The position numbers were made by a program, and so were the translations under genes. Of a stretch of DNA of 64,000 bases, positions 1 through 8,803 are shown piece after piece. The notes under the pieces are model-generated. The model saw only the letters and a program-made list of their open reading frames with translations. It was not told the origin of the DNA and made no database searches. This stretch comes from Candidatus Zixiibacteriota bacterium (GTDB lineage Bacteria > Zixibacteria > MSB-5A5 > GN15 > FEB-12). The stretch covers positions 64,292-128,291 of the forward strand of contig DAISVY010000008.1 in NCBI GenBank assembly GCA_036826635.1, given 5' to 3'. Within the stretch, counting starts at the first letter, position 1. Every line of letters starts with the position of its first letter.

Positions 1-1252
1 GCTGATTATCAATCTGATTGGACAGAAGTTCGTAATTATTCGCAAAAGAGGAGGCTTCCTTGGATTGAACACCCAGGCTGCCTACCACACTATTATAGAA
101 TTCATTGAAAGTCGTCGTCCCGTTATCCATCAGGGCGGAGTCGCGCAGGCCGCTTATGGCCAGCGCTATATTGCCGTCGCGTACATCCGGATCGGACGAC
201 TCGGAACAGGCGATGCGATTAATATTGTTGGCCACTTCCTGGTTCAGACGTATCCCGGCCGCGTCGGTATAATTGGGATCGAAAAAGGCGACGTTGGTGG
301 AGCCGTCCAGGCCATAACCGCTCTGATGCAGGTTGTTGATTTCGGTCACGATGGCCGACGCCAGTTCATCGAGTTGCTCAAGATAATCGGGAATGATTTC
401 GTCACGGCTTTTCATAAGTCCGGCCAGCTCACCGTTCGTATTCTTGAGACTAACCTCCGTCCCCTGCCAAACCAGACGGTGCGTTAACTGACCATCCTTG
501 TTTTCGGCTTTGGCCTCGATATTCATCGATGCGGAGCCGTCCACCAGGATCATGGAACCCATCGAAACCGCTACGGCGCCGTCCGCGTCCTCACGCACAT
601 TGACGTCAATGATAGCGGAAAGCTCGTCGATCAGAAGACCGCGCGCATCACGAAGGTCACTGGCCTCTTCCCCGCCCAGTTCCTGAGTCTTAATCTGCTG
701 GTTCAACTGGGCAATCTCGTTGGTCATGCGGTTTATTTCGGAGGTGAGATTGGTCAGATCACGGTCGGTGGCATCGCGCAGATCGGTGAGACTGTCGGAC
801 AACTGATGAAAACCGTTGATCAACTGCTCGGTGGATGACAGCAAAGCATTGCGATTGCTGGCATCGTCGGAATCGGTCGATAACTGCGACCAGGCATTCC
901 AAAATTCACTCAGCATGTCGTTGAGGGAATTGTCCTGCGGTTCGTTGAAAACGGATTCGATCTGAGAGAGAGTTTTTTCCTGATAAGACCAGTTGCCCAG
1001 CGATTCCTGGGCCTGGCGATATTGCGTAATCAGAAACGAATCCCGGATACCGACGATACCATCGACTTTGACTCCGGATCCGATTGTACCGTACACACTC
1101 GATTCGGGCATGGATGTACTGATCAGCACGCGCTGGCGGCTGAAGCCCGGGGTATCGACATTGGCAATGTTGTGCCCTATCGTCTGCATCGAGGCCTGAT
1201 AGGTCATCATGGCACGCTTGCCTATCTCCAGTCCCTGCATAAGTCCGGCCAT
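1..1252 (-). CDS. flgK: flagellar hook-associated protein 1 FlgK, N-terminal part (C-terminus runs off the window start)
   Basis: Absent from the ORF track because it is open to the window edge. My translation from the ATG at 1252 gives MAGLMQGLEIGKRAMMTYQASMQTIGHNIANVDTPGFSRQRVLIS, the conserved axial-protein N-terminal motif. The ATG overlaps the flgN stop by 1 nt (TAATG). Confidence 0.85.
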   Translation of the reverse strand, partial: MAGLMQGLEIGKRAMMTYQASMQTIGHNIANVDTPGFSRQRVLISTSMPESSVYGTIGSGVKVDGIVGIRDSFLITQYRQAQESLGNWSYQEKTLSQIESVFNEPQDNSLNDMLSEFWNAWSQLSTDSDDASNRNALLSSTEQLINGFHQLSDSLTDLRDATDRDLTNLTSEINRMTNEIAQLNQQIKTQELGGEEASDLRDARGLLIDELSAIIDVNVREDADGAVAVSMGSMILVDGSASMNIEAKAENKDGQLTHRLVWQGTEVSLKNTNGELAGLMKSRDEIIPDYLEQLDELASAIVTEINNLHQSGYGLDGSTNVAFFDPNYTDAAGIRLNQEVANNINRIACSESSDPDVRDGNIALAISGLRDSALMDNGTTTFNEFYNSVVGSLGVQSKEASSFANNYELLSNQIDNQ

Positions 1253-1737
1253 TATATCCTCCTGTCGACCATGACAGTTCCGTTTGTCCTCGGCGCTTCT
1301 CCATTGCGGCCATAAGCGATATCGGGGCTGTTCAACTGGGAGAGCATAACCATGGTGCGCGCGATAAACTCACGCGACTGATTGAGCAATAAAGCGTTGG
1401 TATTGCGTGCTTCGCTTATGCGTTCGTTCAGACTGAGAATAGCCTCGCGCAGGCTCAACAAACGCTCCGCCTGATTCTCGTCGACAAACTCCAACAGCCG
1501 CGCCACGGTAATGTCTCCCTGCAACGCATTGGCCTTTTTAATAGCCGCGATCACTTCCTCGCGCCGGCGATTAAGTTCCTGGCTCTCCAACAACTTTTGC
1601 TGCTGCAACGCGACGACGGCCTTGAGTTGGTCGACATCATTGGCCACGAGCACGTCTTTCTGTCGATCCAAAAGATCGAGGAATTCTTCAAAAAGAAGAC
1701 TTTCCTGGCCGATAATTTCAATGAGTCGGTTAATCAT
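1252..1737 (-). CDS. flgN: flagellar export chaperone FlgN
   Basis: 161-aa helical protein (LLFEEFLDLLDRQKDVLV, LLLNQSREFI) typical of the FlgN family, immediately upstream of flgK. Confidence 0.75.
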   Translation of the reverse strand: MINRLIEIIGQESLLFEEFLDLLDRQKDVLVANDVDQLKAVVALQQQKLLESQELNRRREEVIAAIKKANALQGDITVARLLEFVDENQAERLLSLREAILSLNERISEARNTNALLLNQSREFIARTMVMLSQLNSPDIAYGRNGEAPRTNGTVMVDRRI

Positions 1738-1782
1738 ATCCTATATCGCCGGTTTCATCCTGTATTATTTTATTCGACTGTT

Positions 1783-2715
1783 TCACTTCCGGTCTTTAGC
1801 TATTGACACACCTTTTGCTTCACTCACCTGCCGGTTCACGCGCTCCAGATATTGGTGGGTTTCGGTAAACGGCGGCACACCACCGTATTTATCCACATTG
1901 CCGGGACCCGCATTATAGGCCGCCAGAGCCAGTTCCAGGTCGCCATAGCGGTCCAGAAGGCGCTTCAGATAGCGGCTGCCGGCCCGAATGTTCTCGCGCG
2001 GGTCGAATACGTCACTCACTTCCAGTTCGTGTGCCGTGGAATCCATCAACTGCATAAGCCCTTTGGCCCCGGCATCGGACACCGCACCGGGGTCGCCGTC
2101 CGACTCCACCCTGATGACCGAGGCTATCAGGGTCGAGTCCAGCTCGGTCTCCCGGGCAGCCTCTTCGATATACTCACCGTACCGGCTGATAATGTGATCG
2201 GTAGTGACCTTGCGCGGCGCCGACTGCACGGGCAAAGCCGAAGGCTCACGCTCGATCGGTATGGGATCGGAGTCGGGAGACTGGATCGGCTGCTGGGATG
2301 TATCATCAAGCGGCAGAGGCTCCGATGCGGTAGAACGAAGCGACTCCAGTTCCTTCGAATCTTCGCCATCAGCGTACTTGGCATCGATCAGCTTTTCCAG
2401 TGAATTGTAAAGAAGACCGGCAATGGAATTCTGACCGCCGGTGCTGACTTTACGGGCCACCTCCATATCGAAAATGTCAGTGTAGGCGTCCTTGCCCATC
2501 CCCCCGGACATGGGGGTATCCTCGGTGAGGGGGTTTTCCGGTATGGTCTGCCGCATTGTCTTGAGCATCTGATACAGGAAGAAAGACTCGAATTCCCCGG
2601 CCGCTTTGCGCAGACGGACTTTCTCCGTCTCGGGATCATCCGACCGCGAACTCCTGAGTTTCTCCAGAGCCGTTTGATCGGCACCGGGGGAAATGCTTTT
2701 GACCACCAGGCTCAT
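1783..2715 (-). CDS. flgJ: FlgJ-like rod-binding protein fused to a C-terminal SLT-type lytic transglycosylase domain
   Basis: N-terminus AAGEFESFFLYQMLKTMRQT is the FlgJ rod-binding motif. C-terminus ASVIRVESDGDPGAVSDAGAKGLMQLM...AAYNAGPGNV is the SLT catalytic signature (ES...GLMQ...AYNAG). It follows flgI. Confidence 0.8.
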   Translation of the reverse strand: MSLVVKSISPGADQTALEKLRSSRSDDPETEKVRLRKAAGEFESFFLYQMLKTMRQTIPENPLTEDTPMSGGMGKDAYTDIFDMEVARKVSTGGQNSIAGLLYNSLEKLIDAKYADGEDSKELESLRSTASEPLPLDDTSQQPIQSPDSDPIPIEREPSALPVQSAPRKVTTDHIISRYGEYIEEAARETELDSTLIASVIRVESDGDPGAVSDAGAKGLMQLMDSTAHELEVSDVFDPRENIRAGSRYLKRLLDRYGDLELALAAYNAGPGNVDKYGGVPPFTETHQYLERVNRQVSEAKGVSIAKDRK

Positions 2716-3851
2716 TACAATATTACCAGCTCCGCCCGCAAAGCCCCGGACTGCTTAAGCGCCTGAAAAATGGCTATTATGTCACGCGGCGTGGCCCCGA
2801 TCTTGTTCAGGGCGCTGGCGACATCCGAGAGATTGGCTGATTGTTTGAGATTGACCACGCGCGCATTTTCCGGCTCGACGGTGATATATGATTCCTGGGT
2901 GACAATCGTTTCGCCTTCGGAAAACGCCTCCGGCTGAGAGATTATCGGTCGCGACTGAATACTTACCGTGATAGTCCCGTGAGCTACCGCGACCGGCTCG
3001 ATGGTCACGTGTTGCCCGGCCACGATGGTGCCGGTCTTTTCGTTTATGACCACGCGCGCGATATTATCCGGAGAAATGAGAAGGTGACCGATATCCGACA
3101 TGAATTTGGAACGAAGCGTCGGATACATGATGCTGTCGGGGACCACTACTTTTACCGTACCACCGTCGACCGAATAGGCGACCGTACCGTACTTGATGTT
3201 GATCCGTTCGGCGACCCGATGTGACGTGGTCAAATCGGGATTGATCAGCGACAGATAGAATTCACGCTCACTGCCGGGATCAGGCTCGACCGGCAGGGTC
3301 ACCTTGGCCCCGCCCGGTACCCGTCCGACCAGCGTATAGTTGTTGACTATTTTATTGCCTTCGTCGACCTGAACATTGAAACCACCGATAGATACCGGCC
3401 CCTGCGCCACGGCCCGGGTTATCCCGGACGGGTCCGACAGGGGAGTCATCAACAGCGTCCCTCCCTGCAAAGAGGAAGCGTCGCCGATAGACGACACGGT
3501 AACATCGAAATAGGCGCCGGTCGATTGCTGGCTGGAAAGTTTGGCCGTTACCAATACGGCCGCGATATTCTTTACCTTTATCTTGTTCGGATCGACGGTC
3601 AGCCCCATGCGCTCCATCATGTTGGCCAAAGCCTGCATGGTAAACTGCGCACCGGTACCGTCGCCGGTACCGTCGAGACCGACTATCAACCCGTAGCCGA
3701 TAAGATCAACTTCCTGTTTGTTCTGGAAAGCACAGATATCTTTAATCCGGACCTTGGCGCCGTCAGCCGGAGCGGCGAATAAAACGACAATCATAACGGC
3801 GATCATGAGACCGGCCGGCACAACGAGCCGGGAATGCAAATTGCCAAGCAT
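2715..3851 (-). CDS. flgI: flagellar P-ring protein FlgI
   Basis: 378 aa with a signal peptide, GYGLIVGLDGTGD and a C-terminal ALKQSGALRAELVIL; typical FlgI. Confidence 0.9.
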   Translation of the reverse strand: MLGNLHSRLVVPAGLMIAVMIVVLFAAPADGAKVRIKDICAFQNKQEVDLIGYGLIVGLDGTGDGTGAQFTMQALANMMERMGLTVDPNKIKVKNIAAVLVTAKLSSQQSTGAYFDVTVSSIGDASSLQGGTLLMTPLSDPSGITRAVAQGPVSIGGFNVQVDEGNKIVNNYTLVGRVPGGAKVTLPVEPDPGSEREFYLSLINPDLTTSHRVAERINIKYGTVAYSVDGGTVKVVVPDSIMYPTLRSKFMSDIGHLLISPDNIARVVINEKTGTIVAGQHVTIEPVAVAHGTITVSIQSRPIISQPEAFSEGETIVTQESYITVEPENARVVNLKQSANLSDVASALNKIGATPRDIIAIFQALKQSGALRAELVIL

Positions 3852-3859
3852 ACGGCCTC

Positions 3860-4447
3860 CTAAAAGATCCAGTTAAGAAGACGGGTGAAGAAACCGGGAC
3901 GCGAACCGGTACTGGCGTTGCCCTTGCCGGTATACGAAATCTCCGCGTCCGCTATCATATAAGAGTCGACCGTATTCTCCGCCGTGACGTCACGGGGACG
4001 CACCACCCCGGAAACATAGATCGTCTCTTCATCGCCGTTGATACCGATAACCCGCGAGCCTTCAATCACCAGGTCACCGTTGGGACGTATTTCGGTGACC
4101 GTGACCGTTATTTTGGCCCGTATCGACCCGGTGCGAAGGTTCTCCCCTTTACCGTCAAACGTGTTGCTGTTGTCGGCGCTGCCACCGAACAACGGGATAA
4201 AATCAAGGGAACCTATTCCCGGACCGCCGCTGGTGCTGATCTCTGTGCTTTTTTCGGTTTTCGTCTCAACCTGGTTGGAGGCGCGGTTCTGCTCGACGAT
4301 CAGGACAGTCAGAATGTCTCCGACCTGGTGTGCCTTTATATCGGCGAACAGAGACTGCCCCTGCCCGAACGTTTGTCCCTTGAGTTTCAACGAAAACGGC
4401 AGCAACAGAAGCACTGCCAGCAGGATGATAAACCGCTTGTAATTCAT
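3860..4447 (-). CDS. flgH: flagellar L-ring lipoprotein FlgH
   Basis: 195 aa with a signal peptide; DIKAHQVGDILTVLIVE and the ITVTVTEIRPNGDLVIEG core are typical of FlgH. Confidence 0.88.
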   Translation of the reverse strand: MNYKRFIILLAVLLLLPFSLKLKGQTFGQGQSLFADIKAHQVGDILTVLIVEQNRASNQVETKTEKSTEISTSGGPGIGSLDFIPLFGGSADNSNTFDGKGENLRTGSIRAKITVTVTEIRPNGDLVIEGSRVIGINGDEETIYVSGVVRPRDVTAENTVDSYMIADAEISYTGKGNASTGSRPGFFTRLLNWIF

Positions 4448-4472
4448 GGTAGTATCCTCGAATCCAATTCGT

Positions 4473-5168
4473 TTACGGATCTACGGCAACCGAGCGGTCG
4501 TCAACCACCCGGGCGGAAATGATTTTTCCCGAGACCTCATTCTTTACGCGGACGGCGTGACCGACCCAGCCGGTCTGAAGAACCTTGCCGGGCACGGTGA
4601 TATTGCACAGACCGTCGGAATAAACGATGGTAACCTCCTCACCGACTTCAATGTCAGGGATCGATTCCATAGCTTCTTTGGTCAGGATGTCGCCTTTGTG
4701 CAGATTTCTCTTCAAACGCTGGTGCAGAATTTCATCAAAGGAGCCAATCGACTGCTCGCGCAGGGAGGTTACCTCCGTCCTTTTCAATTCGAACAGTTCC
4801 GCCGTCAATTGTTGATAGCGGTTGAGCCGGCCGGCGCTGACCAGAACATCTTCAAAACGCCTGATCCTCATCCGCACCTGCCCTTTATCGATCACCTCTC
4901 CCCCGTGGTTGATCGTCGCCATGATCGTGAACAAACCGATGGGATCTTTGCGCGATATCTCACAAAAAGTCAGATCTTCGGGATCCACCAGCCGGGTTTC
5001 GAGACGGTTGGACAAAATCTCTATCTCGTAGTGTTCCGGATCGAGATCATAAGTCTGCAACACAAGGTCACAGACAGCCTGGGGAGTGTCCACCGCCCAG
5101 GCGCTGGTCACACCGGCACCGATCAGAACCGACAGAACGATCACGACAATGTGCAGCGGTATCTTCAT
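4473..5168 (-). CDS. flgA: flagellar P-ring assembly chaperone FlgA
   Basis: 231 aa with a signal peptide and a SAF-like C-terminal region (GHAVRVKNEVSGKIISARVVD), positioned between flgG and flgH. Confidence 0.75.
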   Translation of the reverse strand: MKIPLHIVVIVLSVLIGAGVTSAWAVDTPQAVCDLVLQTYDLDPEHYEIEILSNRLETRLVDPEDLTFCEISRKDPIGLFTIMATINHGGEVIDKGQVRMRIRRFEDVLVSAGRLNRYQQLTAELFELKRTEVTSLREQSIGSFDEILHQRLKRNLHKGDILTKEAMESIPDIEVGEEVTIVYSDGLCNITVPGKVLQTGWVGHAVRVKNEVSGKIISARVVDDRSVAVDP

Positions 5169-5170
5169 GG

Positions 5171-5959
5171 TTATCTCTTCAGATTGTTTGCGATCTGGGC
5201 CATATCGTCGCCGGTCTGAATAGCTTTGGAGTTCATTTCGTACGAACGCTGGGCCACGATCATGTCGACCATTTCATCGACCACGCTGACGTTCGACATC
5301 TCCAGGTATCCCTGGTCGATCTGTCCCATACCACTCTGGCCGGGGGTGTCGGTCACGGGATCACCGGAAGCTCCGGTTTGCAGCGCAAGGTTGCGGCCGA
5401 CAGAAGCCAGACCGGCCGAATTCATGAAACGGGCCAGTTCGATCTGGCCAACTTCGGTCGGCGAATCCTGACCATACTGCTGCACCTCAATGGTGCCATC
5501 GGTACCCACGGATACGGATACGGCGTCCTCGGGTATACTCACCTCGGGAAGCAGGTAATAACCGTCGGTAGTCACGATCTGTCCCTCGGCCGAGAGCTTA
5601 AACGTTCCGTCGCGGGTGTACGCCGTGCTGCCGTCGGGCATCTGGATCTGGAAAAAACCGTCACCTTCAATGGCCAAATCGAGCGCATTGCCGGTATGGG
5701 AAAGATCGCCGGTCGAAAATTCCCTGACGGTTGCCGCCGCTTTTGTCCCGTAACCCACGTCAAGACCGACCGGAGTCTGCGAACCGACCGCCGTAGCCGT
5801 ACCGGCCCGCCGGTAGTTCTGGTAGAGAACATCCTGAAACTGCAGCTTGCTTTTCTTGAAGCCGGTGGTATTGACGTTGGAAAGGTTGTTGGCGATGTTG
5901 TCGACATTCATCTGCTGAGCGGCCATACCACTGGCGGCTGTTCGCATCGCTTTTATCAT
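5171..5959 (-). CDS. flgG: flagellar distal rod protein FlgG
   Basis: MIKAMRTAASGMAAQQMNVDNIANNLSNVNTTGFKK N-terminus and SNVSVVDEMVDMIVAQRSYEMNSK C-terminus. Confidence 0.9.
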   Translation of the reverse strand: MIKAMRTAASGMAAQQMNVDNIANNLSNVNTTGFKKSKLQFQDVLYQNYRRAGTATAVGSQTPVGLDVGYGTKAAATVREFSTGDLSHTGNALDLAIEGDGFFQIQMPDGSTAYTRDGTFKLSAEGQIVTTDGYYLLPEVSIPEDAVSVSVGTDGTIEVQQYGQDSPTEVGQIELARFMNSAGLASVGRNLALQTGASGDPVTDTPGQSGMGQIDQGYLEMSNVSVVDEMVDMIVAQRSYEMNSKAIQTGDDMAQIANNLKR

Positions 5960-5991
5960 CTCTCAACTCCTAAAGTTGACGTTTATTCGCT

Positions 5992-6723
5992 TTATCCTTC
6001 TCCGGCCACCCGCGAGAACAGGTTGCTCAAACTGGAATCCTGTTGCTGCAGGGCCTTGGCATTAGCTTCATAGGTTCTGTAAGCCACAATCATATCAACC
6101 ATGGCGTTAACCACGTCGACGTTGGATGTCTCCAGATATCCCTGGCTGATAGTCGCCTGAATGGGCGCTATGAGTTCTTCCGTCTCGGGTACACCGAAAA
6201 GCGAACCGCCGAGACGTTCCAAATGGTCAAGATCGGCAATTGTCCGGGGAACCACCCGACCTACCGACTGACCGTTGACTTCAATCTCGCCGTTCTTCGC
6301 CACGGAGATATCACCGTTGCCCACTTGAATCGGGCCGCCATCGCCCAGCAAACGGAAACCACCCGGGAAAGACAGGAACCCTTCGTCATCAACCACGAAA
6401 GAGCCGGAACGAGTCAGAGCCGTAGTCCCTTCGGGTGTCTGAAGCGGGAAGAATCCGTCTCCCTCAATCGCCAGATCAAGCGGATTACCGGTCTTGTCAA
6501 ACACACCCGGCGAATAATCGACATGCACCCGGGCATCCAGAGACTGTTGCCAGTCGGTCTTCCGAGACTCTGTGCGCTGCTCGGCCCGACTGAGTTCCCG
6601 GCTGAAGGTGACGTCCTTCTTGAAACCGGTAGTCCCGGCATTGGCCAGGTTGTTGGCGATCACTTCCTGCTCCTTCACGCGCGGAAGCATTCCCGAGGCG
6701 GATCTATACATACCTTTAATCAT
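5992..6723 (-). CDS. flgF: flagellar proximal rod protein FlgF (FlgG paralog)
   Basis: MIKGMYRSASGMLPRVKEQEVIANNLANAGTTGFKK. I prefer the ATG at 6723 (GGAGGA 6 nt upstream) to the track start at 6753, which would overlap a sigma-54-like promoter. Confidence 0.8.
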   Translation of the reverse strand: MIKGMYRSASGMLPRVKEQEVIANNLANAGTTGFKKDVTFSRELSRAEQRTESRKTDWQQSLDARVHVDYSPGVFDKTGNPLDLAIEGDGFFPLQTPEGTTALTRSGSFVVDDEGFLSFPGGFRLLGDGGPIQVGNGDISVAKNGEIEVNGQSVGRVVPRTIADLDHLERLGGSLFGVPETEELIAPIQATISQGYLETSNVDVVNAMVDMIVAYRTYEANAKALQQQDSSLSNLFSRVAGEG

Positions 6724-6744
6724 AGAGTCCTCCATCCCGACTAT

Positions 6745-6760
6745 AGCAGTCACTATGCCA
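6745..6760 (-). promoter_or_regulatory. sigma-54 (-24/-12) promoter candidate for the flgF operon
   Basis: Minus strand reads TGGCAT-AGTGA-CTGCT with correct GG/GC spacing. It shares the TTTGGCAT flank with the flgB site. Only about 22 nt separate it from the ATG at 6723, so the leader would be very short. Confidence 0.5.
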
Positions 6761-6882
6761 AACTTCGACCTGTCGACATAACGACCTGTACGATAAAGAC
6801 TTAACTGTTCGAGTGGAGTGTGACGAAGCCGAGAAAAAAGATTATTCGGGAATGGATTTCTATGAGAAGGCGGAAAAGTTTT

Positions 6883-7134
6883 CTAAGCCGAGGGCTTATC
6901 AATTGAAATTGCCGGCGAACTCTTTTCTTCCGCGTCGGCATCCGAGGTCAGACGCTCGTGTTTCTCTTTTGTCTTGGAGATGAGCTTGTCCACGGCGGCA
7001 TGAAAACGGGCTTCGCTGCATGGTTCGCCGTTAGATCGCAGATAGAGCGGACAGTCGGACTTGAAACCGTAACACATAAGCCCTTCGGCCAGATAGCAAC
7101 CCTTGAAATACTGGCACTGAACCGAATTTTTCAT
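6883..7134 (-). CDS. hypothetical small Cys-rich protein (83 aa from the internal ATG)
   Basis: MKNSVQCQYFKGCYLAEGLMCYGFKSDCPLYLRSNGEPCSE... has 6 Cys in the first 41 residues followed by an acidic/Lys-rich tail. No family recognised. Promoter-like GTTCA-N16-GCCGATAC lies 22 nt upstream of the ATG at 7134. Confidence 0.5.
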   Translation of the reverse strand: MKNSVQCQYFKGCYLAEGLMCYGFKSDCPLYLRSNGEPCSEARFHAAVDKLISKTKEKHERLTSDADAEEKSSPAISIDKPSA

Positions 7135-7156
7135 AATTGACCCCTTGTATATACTT

Positions 7157-7185
7157 GTATCGGCAATTAGAGAATAAACGTGAAC
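7157..7185 (-). promoter_or_regulatory. sigma-28-type promoter candidate for the Cys-rich small ORF
   Basis: Minus strand reads GTTCA-N16-GCCGATAC, the same architecture as the motA site, 22 nt upstream of the ATG at 7134. Confidence 0.5.
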
Positions 7186-7430
7186 CGGCCAAAACACCCG
7201 AGAATAGAAAGATATATGCAGAAACATGCACATAGAAGGGTCAGGGGTAAAAAGAAATTGGTCGAGAGGAAGGATTGTCTTATATTGTCATTATCGAAAA
7301 AGGCTGAAAGACTTCAAGTACTTACGGGTTTATTTCGTCGTTAAACTCAACTCTGGCAGGAATCTAAAATCGGCCGCTCGGAAATGCATGTTTTTTGCTC
7401 CATAGCGAAGCACAACTAATGGGCGGAAAT

Positions 7431-8741
7431 ATGATACAACGTCTTGGTTTATCGCTATTAATGGTAATTGCGCTGCTGGCCGGGGTTTCGTCCGGCAACG
7501 CTCAGGTCGGGGTTGACCCCAATCAACCGGACACGCTGAAGGTGGACTCGTCCGTAGCTTTCATCTACGGCTCCGGGGTGGTACCGGTTAATTTCTTCAA
7601 TGACGAAAAGCTGTCGGCCATGGAGGTCGTGTTGCACCACAACTGCCCCCATGTGTTAATCGACTCCTTCTCCTTCGCCGGTGGCCGTCTGGAAGAAGAA
7701 GGATTCGCCAACGGTTTTACCATCGATACCACCGACCGTGTTATCACCATCTTCTCGACTATCGGCAGTTCGCTGATACCGTCGGGCGACGGACTATTGG
7801 GGAAGCTTTACCTTTCGTATCCCCAGACAATCACGGAGCAGGTCATTCCGATTGACACCATCACGTGGATGTCGGGCTTGATCGAACATCGGACCAGTTT
7901 CGTGGGTGAGGATTTCTTATCCGATCCTTTCACGCCTCAGTTCGCCAAAGGATACCTGGATATCCAGGAAACTCCCGTAACTTTCGACTCGGTCTGGGTG
8001 TCCGACGTAGCCACCATGGCCAACGAACCGACGGCGGTCGGCATCTACACATATAACGAGCGCGACCTCAACAAAATCGCCGTAGCTCTCGAATACGGTA
8101 CCGGCCTGCTGCATTTCGACAGTATCTCCTACCTCGACGGCCGGGGAGCGGCCGCCTCCAAAAAAACCATCAGGTCGGACACGACGAATCATACTCTGCG
8201 CCTGGTTCTGACTTTCGGTGATTTCGTTCCCCTGGTACCGGGCTCAGGCCTGCTGGCCACCATACATTTCACGGTCGGAAGCGGTAACGCCGACACCATC
8301 GTGGTCATCGACTCGACTACGGTGGGAACGGATGGCAACACCCGTTTCACTCTGACCTCGGTTGATGGCTCGGTGTCTTATGTCCCGCGTTTTCACCCGG
8401 GATCGGTAGCGGTAACCATGTCCACCGACGTGAAGGACATTACGGACGAGGACAATCTGCCAACGGACTACAGCCTCGCACAGAACTACCCGAACCCGTT
8501 CAACCCGACTACCGATATCGAGTTCACTCTGCCCGTCGCGGCCCGGGTGAAACTCGACGTATTCAATATCCTGGGACGTAAAGTCCGACGATTAATCGAT
8601 CAGGATTTACCCGCCGGAGTGCACCGGGTGACATTCAACGGACAAGGAGATAACGGCAAAACTCTGGCTACCGGCGTATACTTCTACCGGTTGAACACGG
8701 AATCGTATACCGAGACCAAGAAGATGTTGTTACTGAAATAA
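7431..8741 (+). CDS. secreted protein with two cohesin-like modules and a T9SS (Por) C-terminal sorting domain
   Basis: Signal peptide MIQRLGLSLLMVIALLAGVSSGNAQ. C-terminus YSLAQNYPNPFNPTTDIEFTLP...GVYFYRL...KKMLLLK is the classic T9SS CTD. Two internally similar modules of about 150 aa look cohesin-like (weak call). Confidence 0.7.
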   Translation: MIQRLGLSLLMVIALLAGVSSGNAQVGVDPNQPDTLKVDSSVAFIYGSGVVPVNFFNDEKLSAMEVVLHHNCPHVLIDSFSFAGGRLEEEGFANGFTIDTTDRVITIFSTIGSSLIPSGDGLLGKLYLSYPQTITEQVIPIDTITWMSGLIEHRTSFVGEDFLSDPFTPQFAKGYLDIQETPVTFDSVWVSDVATMANEPTAVGIYTYNERDLNKIAVALEYGTGLLHFDSISYLDGRGAAASKKTIRSDTTNHTLRLVLTFGDFVPLVPGSGLLATIHFTVGSGNADTIVVIDSTTVGTDGNTRFTLTSVDGSVSYVPRFHPGSVAVTMSTDVKDITDEDNLPTDYSLAQNYPNPFNPTTDIEFTLPVAARVKLDVFNILGRKVRRLIDQDLPAGVHRVTFNGQGDNGKTLATGVYFYRLNTESYTETKKMLLLK

Positions 8742-8772
8742 CGTCGGGACAGATTTACGAAGATATCGTCAG

Positions 8773-8803
8773 GGCAGCGAAGCTATTCGCTGCCTTTCTT
8801 TTT
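8773..8803 (+). terminator. rho-independent terminator after the T9SS cargo gene
   Basis: GGCAGCGAA-GCTA-TTCGCTGCC followed by TTTCTTTTT. It overlaps the last codons of the convergent fliJ. Confidence 0.7.

Noticed and set aside
65-1315. Several 60-140-aa ORFs on both strands in the first 1.3 kb
   Set aside because: The region is fully explained by the edge-truncated flgK frame on the minus strand, which the ORF track omits because it has no stop within the window.
1743-1750. GGCGATAT five nt upstream of flgN as another member of the GCCGATAY motif
   Set aside because: It has one mismatch in the most conserved part, no GTTMA at N15-16, and lies within a 45-nt gap that is probably read through from flgJ. 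It is mentioned in a finding but not called as a feature.
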